This document shows, piece after piece, positions 1 through 12,988 of a stretch of DNA of 64,000 bases (the first letter of the stretch is position 1; the number at the start of each line of letters is the position of its first letter). Source of the DNA: Heptranchias perlo (lineage: Eukaryota); assembly GCF_035084215.1 (NCBI RefSeq), contig NC_090332.1:1674001-1738000 (forward strand). Reading direction: 5' to 3'. A program made the translations under genes and the position numbers. The notes beneath the pieces were generated by a model, which saw only the letters and a program-made list of their open reading frames with translations, had not been told where the DNA came from and ran no database searches.

Positions 1-3000
1 GTGCGATATATCGGAGTGTGTTACAGTGAGAGTGCGATATATCGGAGTGTTACAGTGAGAGTGCGATATATCGGAGTGTGTTACAGTGAGAGTGCGATAT
101 ATCGGAGTGTGTTACAGTGAGAGTGCGATATATCGGAGTGTGTTACAGTGAGAGTGCGATATATCGGAGTGTGTTACAGTGAGAGTGTGATATATCGGAG
201 TGTGTTACAGTGAGAGTGCGATATATCGGAGTGTGTTACAGTGAGAGTGCGATATATCGGAGTGTGTTACAGTGAGAGTGCGATATATCGGAGTGTGTTA
301 CAGTGAGAGTGCGATATATCGGAGTGTGTTACAGTGAGAGTGCGATATATCGGAGTGTGTTACAGTGAGAGTGCGATATATCGGAGTGTGTTACAGTGAG
401 AGTGCGATATATCGAGTGTGTTACAGTGAGAGTGTGATATATCGGAGTGTGTTACAGTGAGAGTGCGATATATCGGAGTGTGTTACAGTGAGAGTGCGAT
501 ATATCATGTGTTACAGTGAGAGTGCGATATATCGGAGTGTGTTACAGTGAGAGTGCGATATATCGGAGTGTGTTACAGTGAGAGTGCGATATATCAGTGT
601 GTTACAGTGAGAGTGCGATATATCGGAGTGTGTTACAGTGAGAGTGCGATATATCGGAGTGTGTTACAGTGAGAGTGCGATATATCGGAGTGTGTTACAG
701 TGAGAGTGCGATATATCGAGTGTGTTACAGTGAGAGTGCGATATATCGGAGTGTGTTACAATGAGAGTGCGATATATCGGAGTGTGTTACAGTGAGAGTG
801 TGATATATCGGAGTGTGTTATAGTGAGAGTGCGATATATCGGAGTGTGTTACAGTGAGAGTGTGATATATCGAGTGTGTTGCAGTGAGAGTGCGATATAT
901 CGGAGTGTCTTATAGTGAGAGTGCGATATATCGGAGTGTGTTACAGTGAGAGTGCGATATATCGGAGTGTGTTACAGTGAGAGTGCGATATATCGGAGTG
1001 TGTTACAGTGAGAGTGCGATATATCGAGTGTGTTACAGTGAGAGTGCGATATACCGGAGTGTTACAGTGAGAGTGCGATATATCGGAGTGTGTTATAGTG
1101 AGAGTGTGATATATCGGAGTGTGTTACAGTGAGAGTGTGATATATCGGAGTGTGTTACAGTGAGAGTGCGATATATCGGAGTGTGTTACAGTGAGAGTGC
1201 GACATATCGGAGTGTGTTATAGTGAGAGTGCGATATATCGGAGTGTGTTACAGTGAGAGTGCGATATATCGGAGTGTGTTACAGTGAGAGTGCGATATAT
1301 CGGAGTGTGTTACAGTGAGAGTGCGATATATCGGAGTGTGTTACAGTGAGAGTGCGATATATCGGAGTGTGTTACAGTGAGAGTGCGATATATCGGAGTG
1401 TGTTACAGTGAGAGTGCGATATATCGGAGTGTGTTACAGTGAGAGTGCGATATATCGGAGTGTGTTACAGTGAGAGTGCGATATACCGAGTGTTACAGTG
1501 AGAGTGCGATATATCGGAGTGTTACAGTGAGAGTGCGATATATCGGAGTGTTACAGTGAGAGTGCGATATATCGGAGTGTGTTATAGTGAGAGTGCGATA
1601 TATCGGAGTGTGTTACAGTGAGAGTGCGATATATCGGTGTGTGTTACAGTGAGAGTGCGATATATCGGAGTGTGTTACAGTGAGAGTGCGATATATCGGA
1701 GTGTGTTACAGTGAGAGTGCGATATATCGGAGTGTGTTACAGTGAGAGTGTGATATATCGGAGTGTGTTACAGTGAGAGTGCGATATATCGGAGTGTGTT
1801 ACAGTGAGAGTGCGATATATCGGAGTGTGTTACAGTGAGAGTGCGATATATCGGAGTGTGTTATAGTGAGAGTGCGATATATCGGAGTGTGTTACAGTGA
1901 GAGTGCGATATATCGGAGTGTGTTACAGTGAGAGTGCGATATATCGGAGTGTGTTACAGTGAGAGTGCGATATATCGGAGTGTGTTACAGTGAGAGTGTG
2001 ATATATCGGAGTGTGTTACAGTGAGAGTGCGATATATCGGAGTGTGTTATAGTGAGAGTGCGATATATCGGAGTGTGTTATAGTGAGAGTGCGATATATC
2101 GGAGTGTGTTACAGTGAGAGTGCGATATATCGGAGTGTGTTACAGTGAGAGTGCGATATATCGGAGTGTGTTATAGTGAGAGTGCGATATATCGGAGTGT
2201 GTTACAGTGAGAGTGCGATATATCGGAGTGTGTTACAGTGAGAGTGCGATATATCGGAGTGTGTTACAGTGAGAGTGCGATATATCGGAGTGTGTTACAG
2301 TGAGAGTGCGATATATCGGAGTGTGTTACAGTGAGAGTGCGATATATCGGAGTGTGTTACAGTGAGAGTGCGATATATCGGAGTGTGTTACAGTGAGAGT
2401 GCGATATATCGGAGTGTTACAGTGAGAGTGCGATATATCGGAGTGTTACAGTGAGAGTGATATATATCGGAGTGTGTTACAGTGAGAGTGCGATATATCG
2501 GAGTGTGTTATGGTGAGAGTGCGATATATCGGAGTGTGTTATAGTGAGAGTGCGATATATCGGAGTGTGTTACAGTGAGAGTGCGATATATCGGAGTGTG
2601 TTATAGTGAGAGTGCGATATATCGGAGTGTGTTACAGTGAGAGTGCGATATATCGGAGTGTGTTATAGTGAGAGTGCGATATATCGGAGTGTGTTACAGT
2701 GAGAGTGCGATATATCGGAGTGTGTTACAGTGAGAGTGCGATATACCGGAGTGTTACAGTGAGAGTGCGATATATCGAGTGTTACAGTGAGAGTGTGATA
2801 TATCGGAGTGTGTTACAGTGAGAGTGTGATATATCGGAGTGTGTTACAGTGAGAGTGCGATATATCGGAGTGTGTTACAGTGAGAGTGCGATATATCGGA
2901 GTGTGTTACAGTGAGAGTGCGATATATCGGAGTGTGTTACAGTGAGAGTGCGATATATCGGAGTGTGTTATAGTGAGAGTGCGATATATCGGAGTGTGTT

Positions 3001-5476
3001 ATAGTGAGAGTGCGATATATCGGAGTGTGTTATAGTGAGAGTGCGATATATCGGTGTGTGTTACAGTGAGAGTGCGATATATCGGAGTGTGTTATAGTGA
3101 GAGTGCGATATATCGGAGTGTGTTACAGTGAGAGTGTGATATATCGGAGTGTGTTACAGTGAGAGTGCGATATATCGGAGTGTTACAGTGAGAGTGCGAT
3201 ATATCGGAGTGTGTTACAGTGAGAGTGTGATATATCGGAGTGTGTTACAGTGAGAGTGCGATATATCGGAGTGTGTTACAGTGAGAGTGTGATATATCGG
3301 AGTGTGTTACAGTGAGAGTGCGATATATCGGAGTGTGTTACAGTGAGAGTGCGATATATCGGAGTGTGTTACAGTGAGAGTGCGATATATCGGAGTGTGT
3401 TACAGTGAGAGTGCGATATATCGGAGTGTTTCAGTGAGAGTGCGATATATCGGAGTGTGTTACAGTGAGAGTGCGATATATCGGAGTGTGTTACAGTGAG
3501 AGTGCGATATATCGGAGTGTGTTACAGTGAGAGTGCGATATATCGGAGTGTGTTACAGTGAGAGTGCGATATATCGGTGTGTGTTACAGTGAGAGTGCGA
3601 TATATCGGAGTGTTACAGTGAGAGTGTGATATATCGGAGTGTGTTACAGTGAGAGTGCGATATATCGGAGTGTGTTACAGTGAGAGTGCGATATATCGGA
3701 GTGTGTTACAGTGAGAGTGCGATATATCGGAGTGTGTTACAGTGAGAGTGCGATATATCGGAGTGTGTTACAGTGAGAGTGCGATATATCGGAGTGTGTT
3801 ATAGTGAGAGTGCGATATATCGGAGTGTGTTATAGTGAGAGTGCGATATATCGGAGTGTGTTATAGTGAGAGTGCGATATATCGGTGTGTGTTACAGTGA
3901 GAGTGCGATATATCGGAGTGTGTTACAGTGAGAGTGCGATATATCGGAGTGTGTTACAGTGAGAGTGTGATATATCGGAGTGTGTTACAGTGAGAGTGCG
4001 ATATATCGGAGTGTGTTACAGTGAGAGTGCGATATATCGGAGTGTGTTACAGTGAGAGTGCGATATATCGGAGTGTGTTACAGTGAGAGTGCGATATATC
4101 GGAGTGTTACAGTGAGAGTGCGATATATCGGAGTGTGTTACAGTGAGAGTGCGATATATCGGAGTGTGTTACAGTGAGAGTGCGATATATCGGAGTGTGT
4201 TACAGTGAGAGTGCGATATATCGGAGTGTGTTACAGTGAGAGTGCGATATATCGGTGTGTGTTACAGTGAGAGTGCGATATATCGGAGTGTTACAGTGAG
4301 AGTGTGATATATCGGAGTGTGTTACAGTGAGAGTGCGATATATCGGAGTGTGTTACAGTGAGAGTGCGATATATCGGAGTGTGTTATAGTGAGAGTGCGA
4401 TATATCGGAGTGTGTTACAGTGAGAGTGCGATATATCGGAGTGTGTTACAGTGAGAGTGCGATATATCGGAGTGTTACAGTGAGAGTGTGATATATCGGA
4501 GTGTGTTATAGTGAGAGTGCGATATATCGGAGTGTGTTACAGTGAGAGTGCGATATATCGGAGTGTGTTACAGTGAGAGTGTGATATATCGGAGTGTGTT
4601 ACAGTGAGAGTGCGATATATCGGAGTGTGTTATAGTGAGAGTGCGATATATCGGAGTGTTACAGTGAGAGTGCGATATATCGGAGTGTGTTACAGTGAGA
4701 GTGCGATATATCGGAGTGTGTTACAGTGAGAGTGCGATATATCGGAGTGTGTTACAGTGAGAGTGCGATATATCGGAGTGTGTTACAGTGAGAGTGCGAT
4801 ATATCGGAGTGTGTTACAGTGAGAGTGCGATATATCGGAGTGTGTTACAGTGAGAGTGCGATATATCGGAGTGTGTTACAGTGAGAGTGCGATATATCGG
4901 AGTGTTACAGTGAGAGTGTGATATATCGGAGTGTGTTACAGTGAGAGTGCGATATATCGGAGTGTGTTGCAGTGAGAGTGCGATATATCGGAGTGTGTTA
5001 CAGTGAGAGTGCGATATATCGGAGTGTGTTACAGTGAGAGTGCGATATATCGGAGTGTGTTACAGTGAGAGTGCGATATATCGGAGTGTGTTACAGTGAG
5101 AGTGCGATATATCGGAGTGTGTTGCAGTGAGAGTGCGATATATCGGAGTGTGTTACAGTGAGAGTGCGATATATCGGAGTGTGTTACAGTGAGAGTGCGA
5201 TATATCGGAGTGTGTTACAGTGAGAGTGCGATATATCGGAGTGTGTTATAGTGAGAGTGCGATATATCGGAGTGTGTTACAGTGAGAGTGCGATATATCG
5301 GAGTGTGTTACAGTGAGAGTGCGATATATCGGAGTGTGTTACAGTGAGAGTGTGATATATCGGAGTGTGTTACAGTGAGAGTGCGATATATCGGAGTGTG
5401 TTACAGTGAGAGTGCGATATATCGGAGTCTTACAGTGAGAGTGCGATATATCGGAGTCTTACAGTGAGAGTGTGAT
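1..5476. repeat. 31-bp tandem satellite (GTGCGATATATCGGAGTGTGTTACAGTGAGA)n, runs off the left edge
   Basis: Head-to-tail units with recurrent variants (GT dinucleotide deletion, CG>TG, CAG>TAG); each unit holds the palindrome CGATATATCG. Confidence 0.98.
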
Positions 5477-5756
5477 GAAAGGTTTACGTGTCGTTGAATT
5501 CTCAGTGACTGATCCCAGTTCTGGTTTTAATGTCAGGTATTTGGAACTGTAATGCCCTCGGTTTAACCTCACTAAATGAATTGAGAAGTGGGCAGTTGCT
5601 GGATTTCTGGCAGACTGACAGGCCGGGATTACACGGTTGATGAAATAATTTCAGTGGCTCATTCAGCGATTTGTAACTACGAACGACAATGGCATCATTT
5701 CCTGTTAGTATTTGACATCAGTGGAAAAGTCCCTGCTTGTTGGAACAAAGCCAGGA

Positions 5757-6002
5757 CTCTGTGTGTGTGTGTGTGTGTGTCTGCCTGTCTGTGTATATGT
5801 GTGTCTGTGTGTGTGCGTCTGTGTGTGTGTGTCTGTGTCGTTGTCAGATCAGCCATGATCTTATCAAATGGCAGAGCAGGCTCGAGGGGCCGAATGGCCT
5901 ACTCCTGTTCCTAATTCGTATGTTTGTATGTCGGTGTGTGTGTGTGAGTGTCTGTGTGTGTGTGTTTGTGTGTGTGTCTGTGTGTGTCGGTGTCTGTGTG
6001 TT
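5757..6002. repeat. (TG)n-rich microsatellite interrupted by a short CR1 3' fragment (~5845-5920); second TG tract at 6627-6770
   Basis: TG/TC dinucleotide runs; AGATCAGCCATGATC...GGCCGAATGGCCTACTCCTG resembles the CR1 3' ends elsewhere in the window. Confidence 0.85.
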
Positions 6003-6008
6003 ACATTG

Positions 6009-6612
6009 AAACTACAGGACAGAAACAGGCCATTCGGCCCAACTGGTCTTTTCCAGCAATAAGCTCCACACGAGCCTCCTCCCTCCCTACTTCATCTCAC
6101 CCTATCAGCATATCCTTCTATTCCTTTCTCCCTCATGTGTTTATCCAGCTTCCCCTTAAATGTATCTGCACTATTCACCTTAACTACTCCTTGTGGGAGT
6201 GAGTTCCACATTCTCACCACTCTCTGGGTAAAGAAGTTTCTCCTGAATTCCCTATTGGATTTATTAGTGACTATCTTATATTTATGGCCTCTAGTTCTGG
6301 TCTCACCCACAAGTGGAAATATTTTCTTTACTTTCATAATCTTAAAGACCTCTATCAGGTCAGCCCTCAGCCTTCTCTCTTCCACAGAAAAGAGCCCCAG
6401 ACTGTTCAGCCTTTCCTGATAAGGATATCCTCCCAGTTCTGGTATTGTCCTTATGAATCTTTTTTGCATCTTCTCCAGTGCCTCTATTATCCTTTTTATA
6501 ATATGGAGACCAGAACTGTTCACAGTGCTCCAAGTGTGGTCTAACCAAAGTTCCATACAAATTTAATATAACTTCTCTGCTTTTCAATTCTATCCCTTTA
6601 GAAATGAACCCA
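6009..6612 (-). mobile_element. CR1 LINE 3' fragment
   Basis: Minus-strand ORFs give LVRPHLEHCEQFWSP and LGLFSVEERRLRADLIEVFKIM...RNFFTQRVVRMWNSLP, the CR1 ORF2 C-terminus. Confidence 0.93.
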
Positions 6613-7058
6613 TGTTTGGTTTACCTTGTGTGTGTCAATGTGTGTGTGTGTCTGTGTCTATGTGTGTCTGTGTCTATGTGTGTCTGTGTGCGTGTGCGTT
6701 TGTGTGTGTGCGCAGAGATATGTGTGGATGAGGCATATGTGCAGGTCTACACATCTGCGTGTGTGTGCACGCGTCACTCAGTGTATCTGCAATCAGACAC
6801 GTCTCCTGTCCATTGATTTCTCTCCCAGTCCGTTTACCAGGAAGGTTTTTCACTGTGTTGAACCGCTGAGTGATTAATCTGTGTAAACAGAGAGCTGCAG
6901 TGTGATTGTGGTCAGCAGAAGTTGCATCCCACTCAGACTGAATCGTCGAGGCGCTGACAGCACTTCCAAACCTCGAGACAAGTTGTGCCAACAACCGATC
7001 AGCAACTGGCAGCCCTTAACTCTCCAACCTAAATTAAAATAATTTCCAAGTCTTTTTC

Positions 7059-8227
7059 CTGAAGAACAGGGGAGTTCACCGCGGTCTCCTGGCCAACATT
7101 TATCCCTAAATCAACATCACTAAAAAGAGATTATCTGGTCATTTATCTCATTGCAGATTCAAAATTTGCAGATGACACAAAACTTGGAAGTGTAGTGAAC
7201 AGTGAGGACGATAGTGATGGACTTCAAGAGGATATAGACAGGCTGGTGGAATGGGCGGACACGTGGCAGATGAAATTTAATGCAGAAAAATGCGAGGTGA
7301 TACATTTTGGCAAGAAGAACGAGGAGAGGCGATATAAACTAAATGATACAATTCTAAAGGGGTGCAGGAACAGAGAGATCTGGGGGTATATGTACACAAA
7401 TCATTGAAGGTGGCAGGGCAGGTTGAGAAAGTGGTTAAAAAAGCATATGGGATCCTGGGCTTTATAAATTGCAGCACAGAGTCCAAAAAGTATGGAAGTT
7501 ATGTTGAACCTTTATAAAATACTGGTTTGGCCACAACTGAAGTATTTCTGGGCACGGCACTTTAGGAAGGATGTGAAGGCCTTAGAGAGGGTGCAGAAAA
7601 GATTTACTCGAATGGTTCCAGGGATGAGGGACTTCAGTTACGTAGATAGACTGGAGAAACTGGGGTTGTTCTTCTTAGAGCAGAGAAGGTTGAGAGGAGA
7701 TTTGATAGAGGTGTTCAAAATCATGAAGGTTTTAGATAAAGTAAATAAAGAGAAACTGTTCCCATTGGCGGAAGGGTCGAGAACCAGAGGACACAGATTT
7801 AAGGTGATTGGCAAAAGAACCAAAGGTGACATGAGGGAAGATTTTTTTACGCAGCGAGTGGTTATGATCTGGAATGTGCTGCCTGAAAGGGCGGTGGAAG
7901 CAGATTCAATCATGGCTTTCAAAAAGGAATTGGATAAATACTTGAAGGGAAAAAATGTGCAGGGCTACAGGGAAAGAGTGGGGGAATGGGACTAACTGGA
8001 TTGCTCTTACAAAAAGCCGGCATGGATTCGATGGGCCAAATGGCCCCCTTCTGTGCTGTAACCATTCCATGATTCTATGATTGCTGTTTGTGGGATCTTG
8101 CTGTACACAAATTGGCTGCTGCATTTCCTACATTACAATAGTGACTCCAATTCAAAATTACTTCATTGACTGTAAAAAGCTTTGAGATGTGAAAGGCACG
8201 ATATAAATGGAAGTTCTTTGTTCTTTT
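7059..8227 (+). mobile_element. Deu-domain SINE (AmnSINE1/SacSINE1-like), 3' part, split by a CR1 insertion
   Basis: 7059-7155 and 8079-8227 join into the sequence seen uninterrupted at 29285-29520 (GGGATCTTGCTGTG..AAATTGGCTGC..GTGAAAGGC..TATAAATG). Confidence 0.8.
7156..8078 (+). mobile_element. 5'-truncated CR1 LINE nested in a SINE
   Basis: SKFADDTKLG...WQMKFNAEKCEVIHFG...RRLRGDLIEVFKIM; ATTCTATG-type tail; ATTGC on both sides. Confidence 0.94.
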
Positions 8228-8321
8228 ACTTGATTATTAGTCCAGGCCTCTGGTTTACTAGTCCAGTAACATAACCACTGCCCTGTGTGATTTTATATCC
8301 ATCATTCTCGAACTCTCACAG

Positions 8322-8827
8322 GTGTCCCTCGATCACGTAAAGTAAGCTGGCAGAATGATATGCAACTGCCTGGTGAGCATGATCATGGAGACCTCCCATC
8401 CCAACACACCAGAGCCCTGCCGGAGATTCCCAGTCCCTCTCTCGGTAAGGAGGACCTTGAAGGAAAAGGTGACCCTGTGTACCAAACGCCGAGCGAGCTG
8501 GCAGCAGCAACGTGCCTGCCCATTGGAGAAGACCCCATCGAACCACCCTACGCAGCGTCCAACCAGTTCAGGTTGGAACTGCCCACGGCAGAGTTGGCTA
8601 TTGAGGATGAAGTTGGCAAGGAGGATGGGAAGGTTGGCTCAGAGCCGGACAAAGTGACGGCTGTGTACGCTCGAGTCAACAAGAAGCTGAAGAAAACGTC
8701 ATCGCTGGATCTTCCTGCCCCTTCATCACCTCAGGATAATGAAGAGTGCGAGCAAGATCCCCCACCCATCCCTGAGAAATGTTTTGGTGATGATTGCGTT
8801 GTGGTCAGTGAGTCGCCAGGCAACAAG
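8322..8827 (+). CDS. Internal exon of a PAG1/LIME1-family transmembrane adaptor (cytoplasmic tail)
   Basis: Acceptor CTCTCACAG|GT (phase 1), open frame VPRSRKVSWQNDMQLP...SPGNK, donor AAG|GTCAGA (or read-through to the stop at 8869). Motif order RALPEIP - VYQT - VYARVNKK - EQDPPPIPEK parallels PAG1 (RELPRIP - LYET - EYASVDRNKK - EEAPPPVPVK, recalled) and LIME1 YARV. TM exon not found in the window. Confidence 0.72.
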
Positions 8828-9036
8828 GTCAGAAATAAAGTACAAGTTGTCTTTTCTTTTCATCTGTGAAGCCCAGGTTTCTCCCACCATCACTCTCTCC
8901 CTCCCTTTCTCCCTCACTTCCTCACTGCCTCACTTCCTGGTTCCCATTCATCCCCGCTCCCTCCATCCCTTTCACCCTCACTGCACCTCTCCCCGCCTTC
9001 CTCTCTGCCATCCTGCATCCCTTTCTTCCTCTCTCT

Positions 9037-10000
9037 AACCGTGCTGTACCTGCCCTGGGAGTGTTTGATGGGACAGTGTAGAGGGAGCTTTACTCTGTAT
9101 TTAACCCATGCTATACCTGAACTGGGATTGTTTGATGGGACAGTGTAGAGGGAGCTTTACTCTGTATCTAACCCATGCTGTACCTGCTCTGGGAGTGTTT
9201 GATGGGACAGTGTAGAGGGAGCTTTACTCTGTATCTAACCCGTGCTGTACCTGCCCTGGGAGTGTTTGATGGGACAGTGTAGAGGGAGCTTTACTCTGTA
9301 TCTAACCCGTGCTGTACCTGCCCTGGGAGTGTTTGATGGGACAGTGTAGAGGGAGCTTTACTCTGTATCTAACCTGTGCTGTACCTGCCCTGGGAGTGTT
9401 TGATGGGACAGTGTAGAGGGAGCTTTACTCTGTATCTAACCCGTGCTGTACCTGCCCTGGGAGTGTTTGATGGGACAGTGTAGAGGGAGCTTTACTCTGT
9501 ATCTAACCCATGCTGTACCTGCTCTGGGAGTGTTTGATGGGACAGTGTAGAGGGAGCTTTACTCTGTATCTAACCCATGCTGTACCTGCTCTGGGAGTGT
9601 TTGATGGGACAGTGTAGAGGGAGCTTTACTCTGTATCTAACTCATGCTGTACCTGCTCTGGGAGTGTTTGATGGGACAGTGTAGAGGGAGCTTTACTCTG
9701 TATCTAACCTGTGCTGTACCTGCTCTGGGAGTGTTTGATGGGACAGTGTAGAGGGAGCTTTACTCTCTATCTAACCCATGCTGTACCTGCTCTGGGAGTG
9801 TTTGATGGGACAGTGTAGAGGGAGCTTTACTCTCTATCTAACCCATGCTGTACCTGCTCTGGGAGTGTTTGATGGGACAGTGTAGAGGGAGCTTTACTCT
9901 CTATCTAACCCATGCTGTACCTGCTCTGGGAGTGTTTGATGGGACAGTGTAGAGGGAGCTTTACTCTGTATCTAACTCATGCTGTACCTGCTCTGGGAGT
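9037..10000. repeat. 67-bp minisatellite, ~14 copies
   Basis: Unit CCGTGCTGTACCTGCCCTGGGAGTGTTTGATGGGACAGTGTAGAGGGAGCTTTACTCTGTATCTAAC. Confidence 0.97.
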
Positions 10001-10642
10001 GCTCCATGCTGACACTGGGTGCCCAGAGTCAGTAAGTATTTAAGTTCCATGACTGACATCCCTTAACTTGATAAGCATAAAAATTGACTAAAAATGGTTT
10101 TAAGGTGCTACACTCTGCAGTGACCGTGGAGTCAGACACAATGTTTCTCTGTAGAGCCTTGGAGATTGGCTTTCATTCATGCAAATTTCATCACTGCTTG
10201 TAGCCAAATCCACACCAGCGTGCAGCCTTCAACCAACTGAGAGGAGCAGATAGTTGAGATGGAAGTGGAGTGTTTAACTTGGACTGTGAACACCAAACTA
10301 GAGGGCACAGGTTCAAAAATAACACGGCTGGTGAAACGAGAGGTTAGAAGGAATCTGCTCTCTGGTACTGGATGGCTGGAGTGTGAGTAACATCTCCGGT
10401 GATGATAAGAACTGGGAGAGATGCTCCATATTGTCCCTCTTCCTTTTTCAGACTTTGGAAAAGTTTGGATGGGAGATGGGCAGAGTGCCCGATGAAGTCT
10501 CCAGGAATAGATGGGTGCCTGGTGATTCTGGTACCAACGAGGGGGCCTGTTCTTAGGCCACGCAGAACAGTCTGACTGTGGGTGACATGCACGTCTCTGA
10601 ACCAGGGTCCAGCTTTTAATCACAGCATCAGGATTGGGTGAG

Positions 10643-10931
10643 GCTCCTGTCTCCTGTCTCCTAAACTCCCCTCACCAAGAGATAGTCACCAGCAGGACTG
10701 GGGGCTCCTGTCTCCGAAACTCCCCTCACCAAGAGATCGTCGCCAGCAGGACTGGGGGCTCCTGTCTCCGAAACTCCCCTCACCAAGAGATAGTCACCAG
10801 CAGGACTGGGGGCTCCTGTCTCCGAAACTCCCCTCACCAAGAGATAATCGCCAGCAGGACTGGGGGCTCCTGTCTCCGAAACTCCTCTCACCAAGAGATA
10901 ATCGCCAGCAGGACTGGGGGCTCCTGTCTCC
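10643..10931. repeat. 54-bp minisatellite, ~5 copies
   Basis: Unit GAAACTCCCCTCACCAAGAGATAGTCACCAGCAGGACTGGGGGCTCCTGTCTCC; gives the 18-aa period in the ORF track. Confidence 0.95.
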
Positions 10932-11224
10932 AGCCCCTAAACATTGACAGGAAACACAGCCAATTAATCGCCATTGAGAAGGTTTTGGAGCCAGGACTCT
11001 GCAGAAAAACACTTTGAAGGAGTGAGTTTAAAATCTGCCTCTTCAGTGTGAGCTGATGATAGGACGAGCTCTTTAAAACAAGTTCTGTAGGTGAGATGTC
11101 ATCACTTTTAAAAAAGAATTTCCTGCCTCGAGTTTTTTCCTCGACCCTGTAGAGGAGATTCTCCGGAATATCGGAAAACTAGGCACTCCGAGCACACGCT
11201 TGTTAATTTAATTTTTAAAAAATT

Positions 11225-12580
11225 CTTTAATTTAATTCTTTTGCATGGTGTGGACGCTGCTGGCAGGGGTGGTATTTATTGCTCATCCGTAGTTGCCCTG
11301 AGAAGTGGCTGGTGGGCCTTCTTTTGATGCAACTGGACTTGAATGTCGGGGGGCTTGATCAAGAAGTTTGCAGATGATACAAAAATTGGCCGTGTGGTTG
11401 ATAGTGAGGAGGAAAGCTGTAGACTGCAGGAAGATATCAATGGACTGGTCAGGTGGGCAGAAAAGTGGCAAATGGAATTCAATCCAGAGAAGTGTGAGGT
11501 AATGCATTTGGGGAAAGCAAACAAGGCAAAGGAATACACAATAAATGGGAGGATACTGAGAGGTGTAGAGGAAGTGAGGGACCTTGGAGTGCATGTCCAC
11601 AGATCCCTGAAGGTAGCAGGACAGGTAGATAAGGTGGTTAAGAAGGCATATGGGATACTTTCCTTTATTAGCCGTGACATAGAATATAAGAGCGGGGAGG
11701 TTATGCTGGAACTGTATAAAACACTAGTTAGGCCACAGCTTGAGTACTGCGTACAGTTCTGGTCACCACATTACAGGAAAGATGTGATTGCACTAGAGAC
11801 GGTACAGAGGAGATTTCCGAGGATGTTGCCAGGACTGGAGAATTTTAGCTATGAGGAAAGATTGGATAGGCTGGGGTTGTTTTTTTTGGAACAAAGGAGG
11901 CTGAGGTGAGATTTAATTGAGGTGTACAAAATTATGAGGGGCCCAGATAGAGAGGATGGGAATGACCTATTTCCCTTAGCAAAGGGGTGAGTGACCAGGT
12001 GGCACAGATTTAAAGTAATTGGTGGAAGGATTAGAGGGGAGCTGAGGCAGAATTTTTTCACCTAGAGGGTGGTGGGTGTCTGGAACTCACTGCCTGAGAG
12101 GGAGGTAGAGGCAGAAACCCTCAACTCATTTAAAAAGTACCTGGATGTGCACCTGAAGTGCCGTAACCTACAGGGCTACGGACCAAGTGCTGGAAAGTGG
12201 GATTAAGCTGGGTGGCTCTTTTTCGGCCGGCACGGACATGATGGGCCGAATGGCCTCCTTCTGTGCCGTAAGTTTCTATGATTCTATGAACTGAGGGGTT
12301 TGCTGGGCCACTTCAGAGGGCAGGTAAAAGTCAACCACGCTGGTGTGGGACTGGAGTCACGTATAGGCCCAGACCGAGTAAGGACGGCAGGTTTCCTTCC
12401 CTAAAGGACATCAGTGAACCAGTTGGGTTTTTATGACAATCCCTCAGCTTCATGGTCACTTTCACCAGCTTTTTATTTCAAGATTTTTAAAACTGAATTC
12501 AAATTCTGAAATTGTCCAGGATGGGATTGAACACATGTTCTCTGGATTATTAGTCTGGTAACAAATCCACTACATCACCG
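11225..12580 (-). mobile_element. tRNA-type SINE with LINE-family-B tail, split by a CR1 insertion
   Basis: 11225-11335 and 12289-12580 together match the reverse complement of the intact copy at 28605-28968. Confidence 0.8.
11336..12288 (+). mobile_element. 5'-truncated CR1 LINE with AACTG target-site duplication
   Basis: KFADDTKIG...LVRPQLEYCVQFWSP...; tail TTCTATGATTCTATG; AACTG at 11331-11335 and 12289-12293. Confidence 0.95.
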
Positions 12581-12988
12581 TACAAAATCCAGCAGGCTCC
12601 ATAACAGACAGGTGCTCTGACCTGCCCGAGAGCAGGTCCAGGAGAATTTACCCCTCCTGCGTGGTTCTGGCCAGGCCTGGGCACCAACCTTAAAAACTCC
12701 TTGAAAGAAAAAGCTGAACATGAAATTAGTCGTGACATGGGTAATCCAACATATCCCCAATGCTGGAGGAAGAAAATCACAGGGCATCCCGATGGTGAGG
12801 CTCCCGCTTTAAAAGGGGTCCCAATGGTGAGGCTTCTCCACATATTGTTCATGTTTGAACACTGGAATCAGAGTAAGAGCTTTGATCTATTTGATTTCCA
12901 CAAACCCCATGTACAGAGCGAACTGCTCCAGGACCTAATCATGTCACTTCCTCTTTATAATGGGCTTTAAATACGTCACACCTACTTA

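Noticed and set aside
1-5476. TACAGTG / CACTGTA in the satellite as RSS heptamers
   Set aside because: No nonamer at 12 or 23 nt and no adjacent V, D or J segment.
5506-5536. Possible micro-exon (CTCAG|...CAG|GTATTT) of the adaptor gene
   Set aside because: The phase needed to join 8322 directly starts with TGA; it cannot be placed without transcript data.
10155-10253. Possible terminal exon of the adaptor (TGTAG|SLGDWLSF...SR*)
   Set aside because: Phase-compatible, but no family motif; other acceptors are equally plausible.
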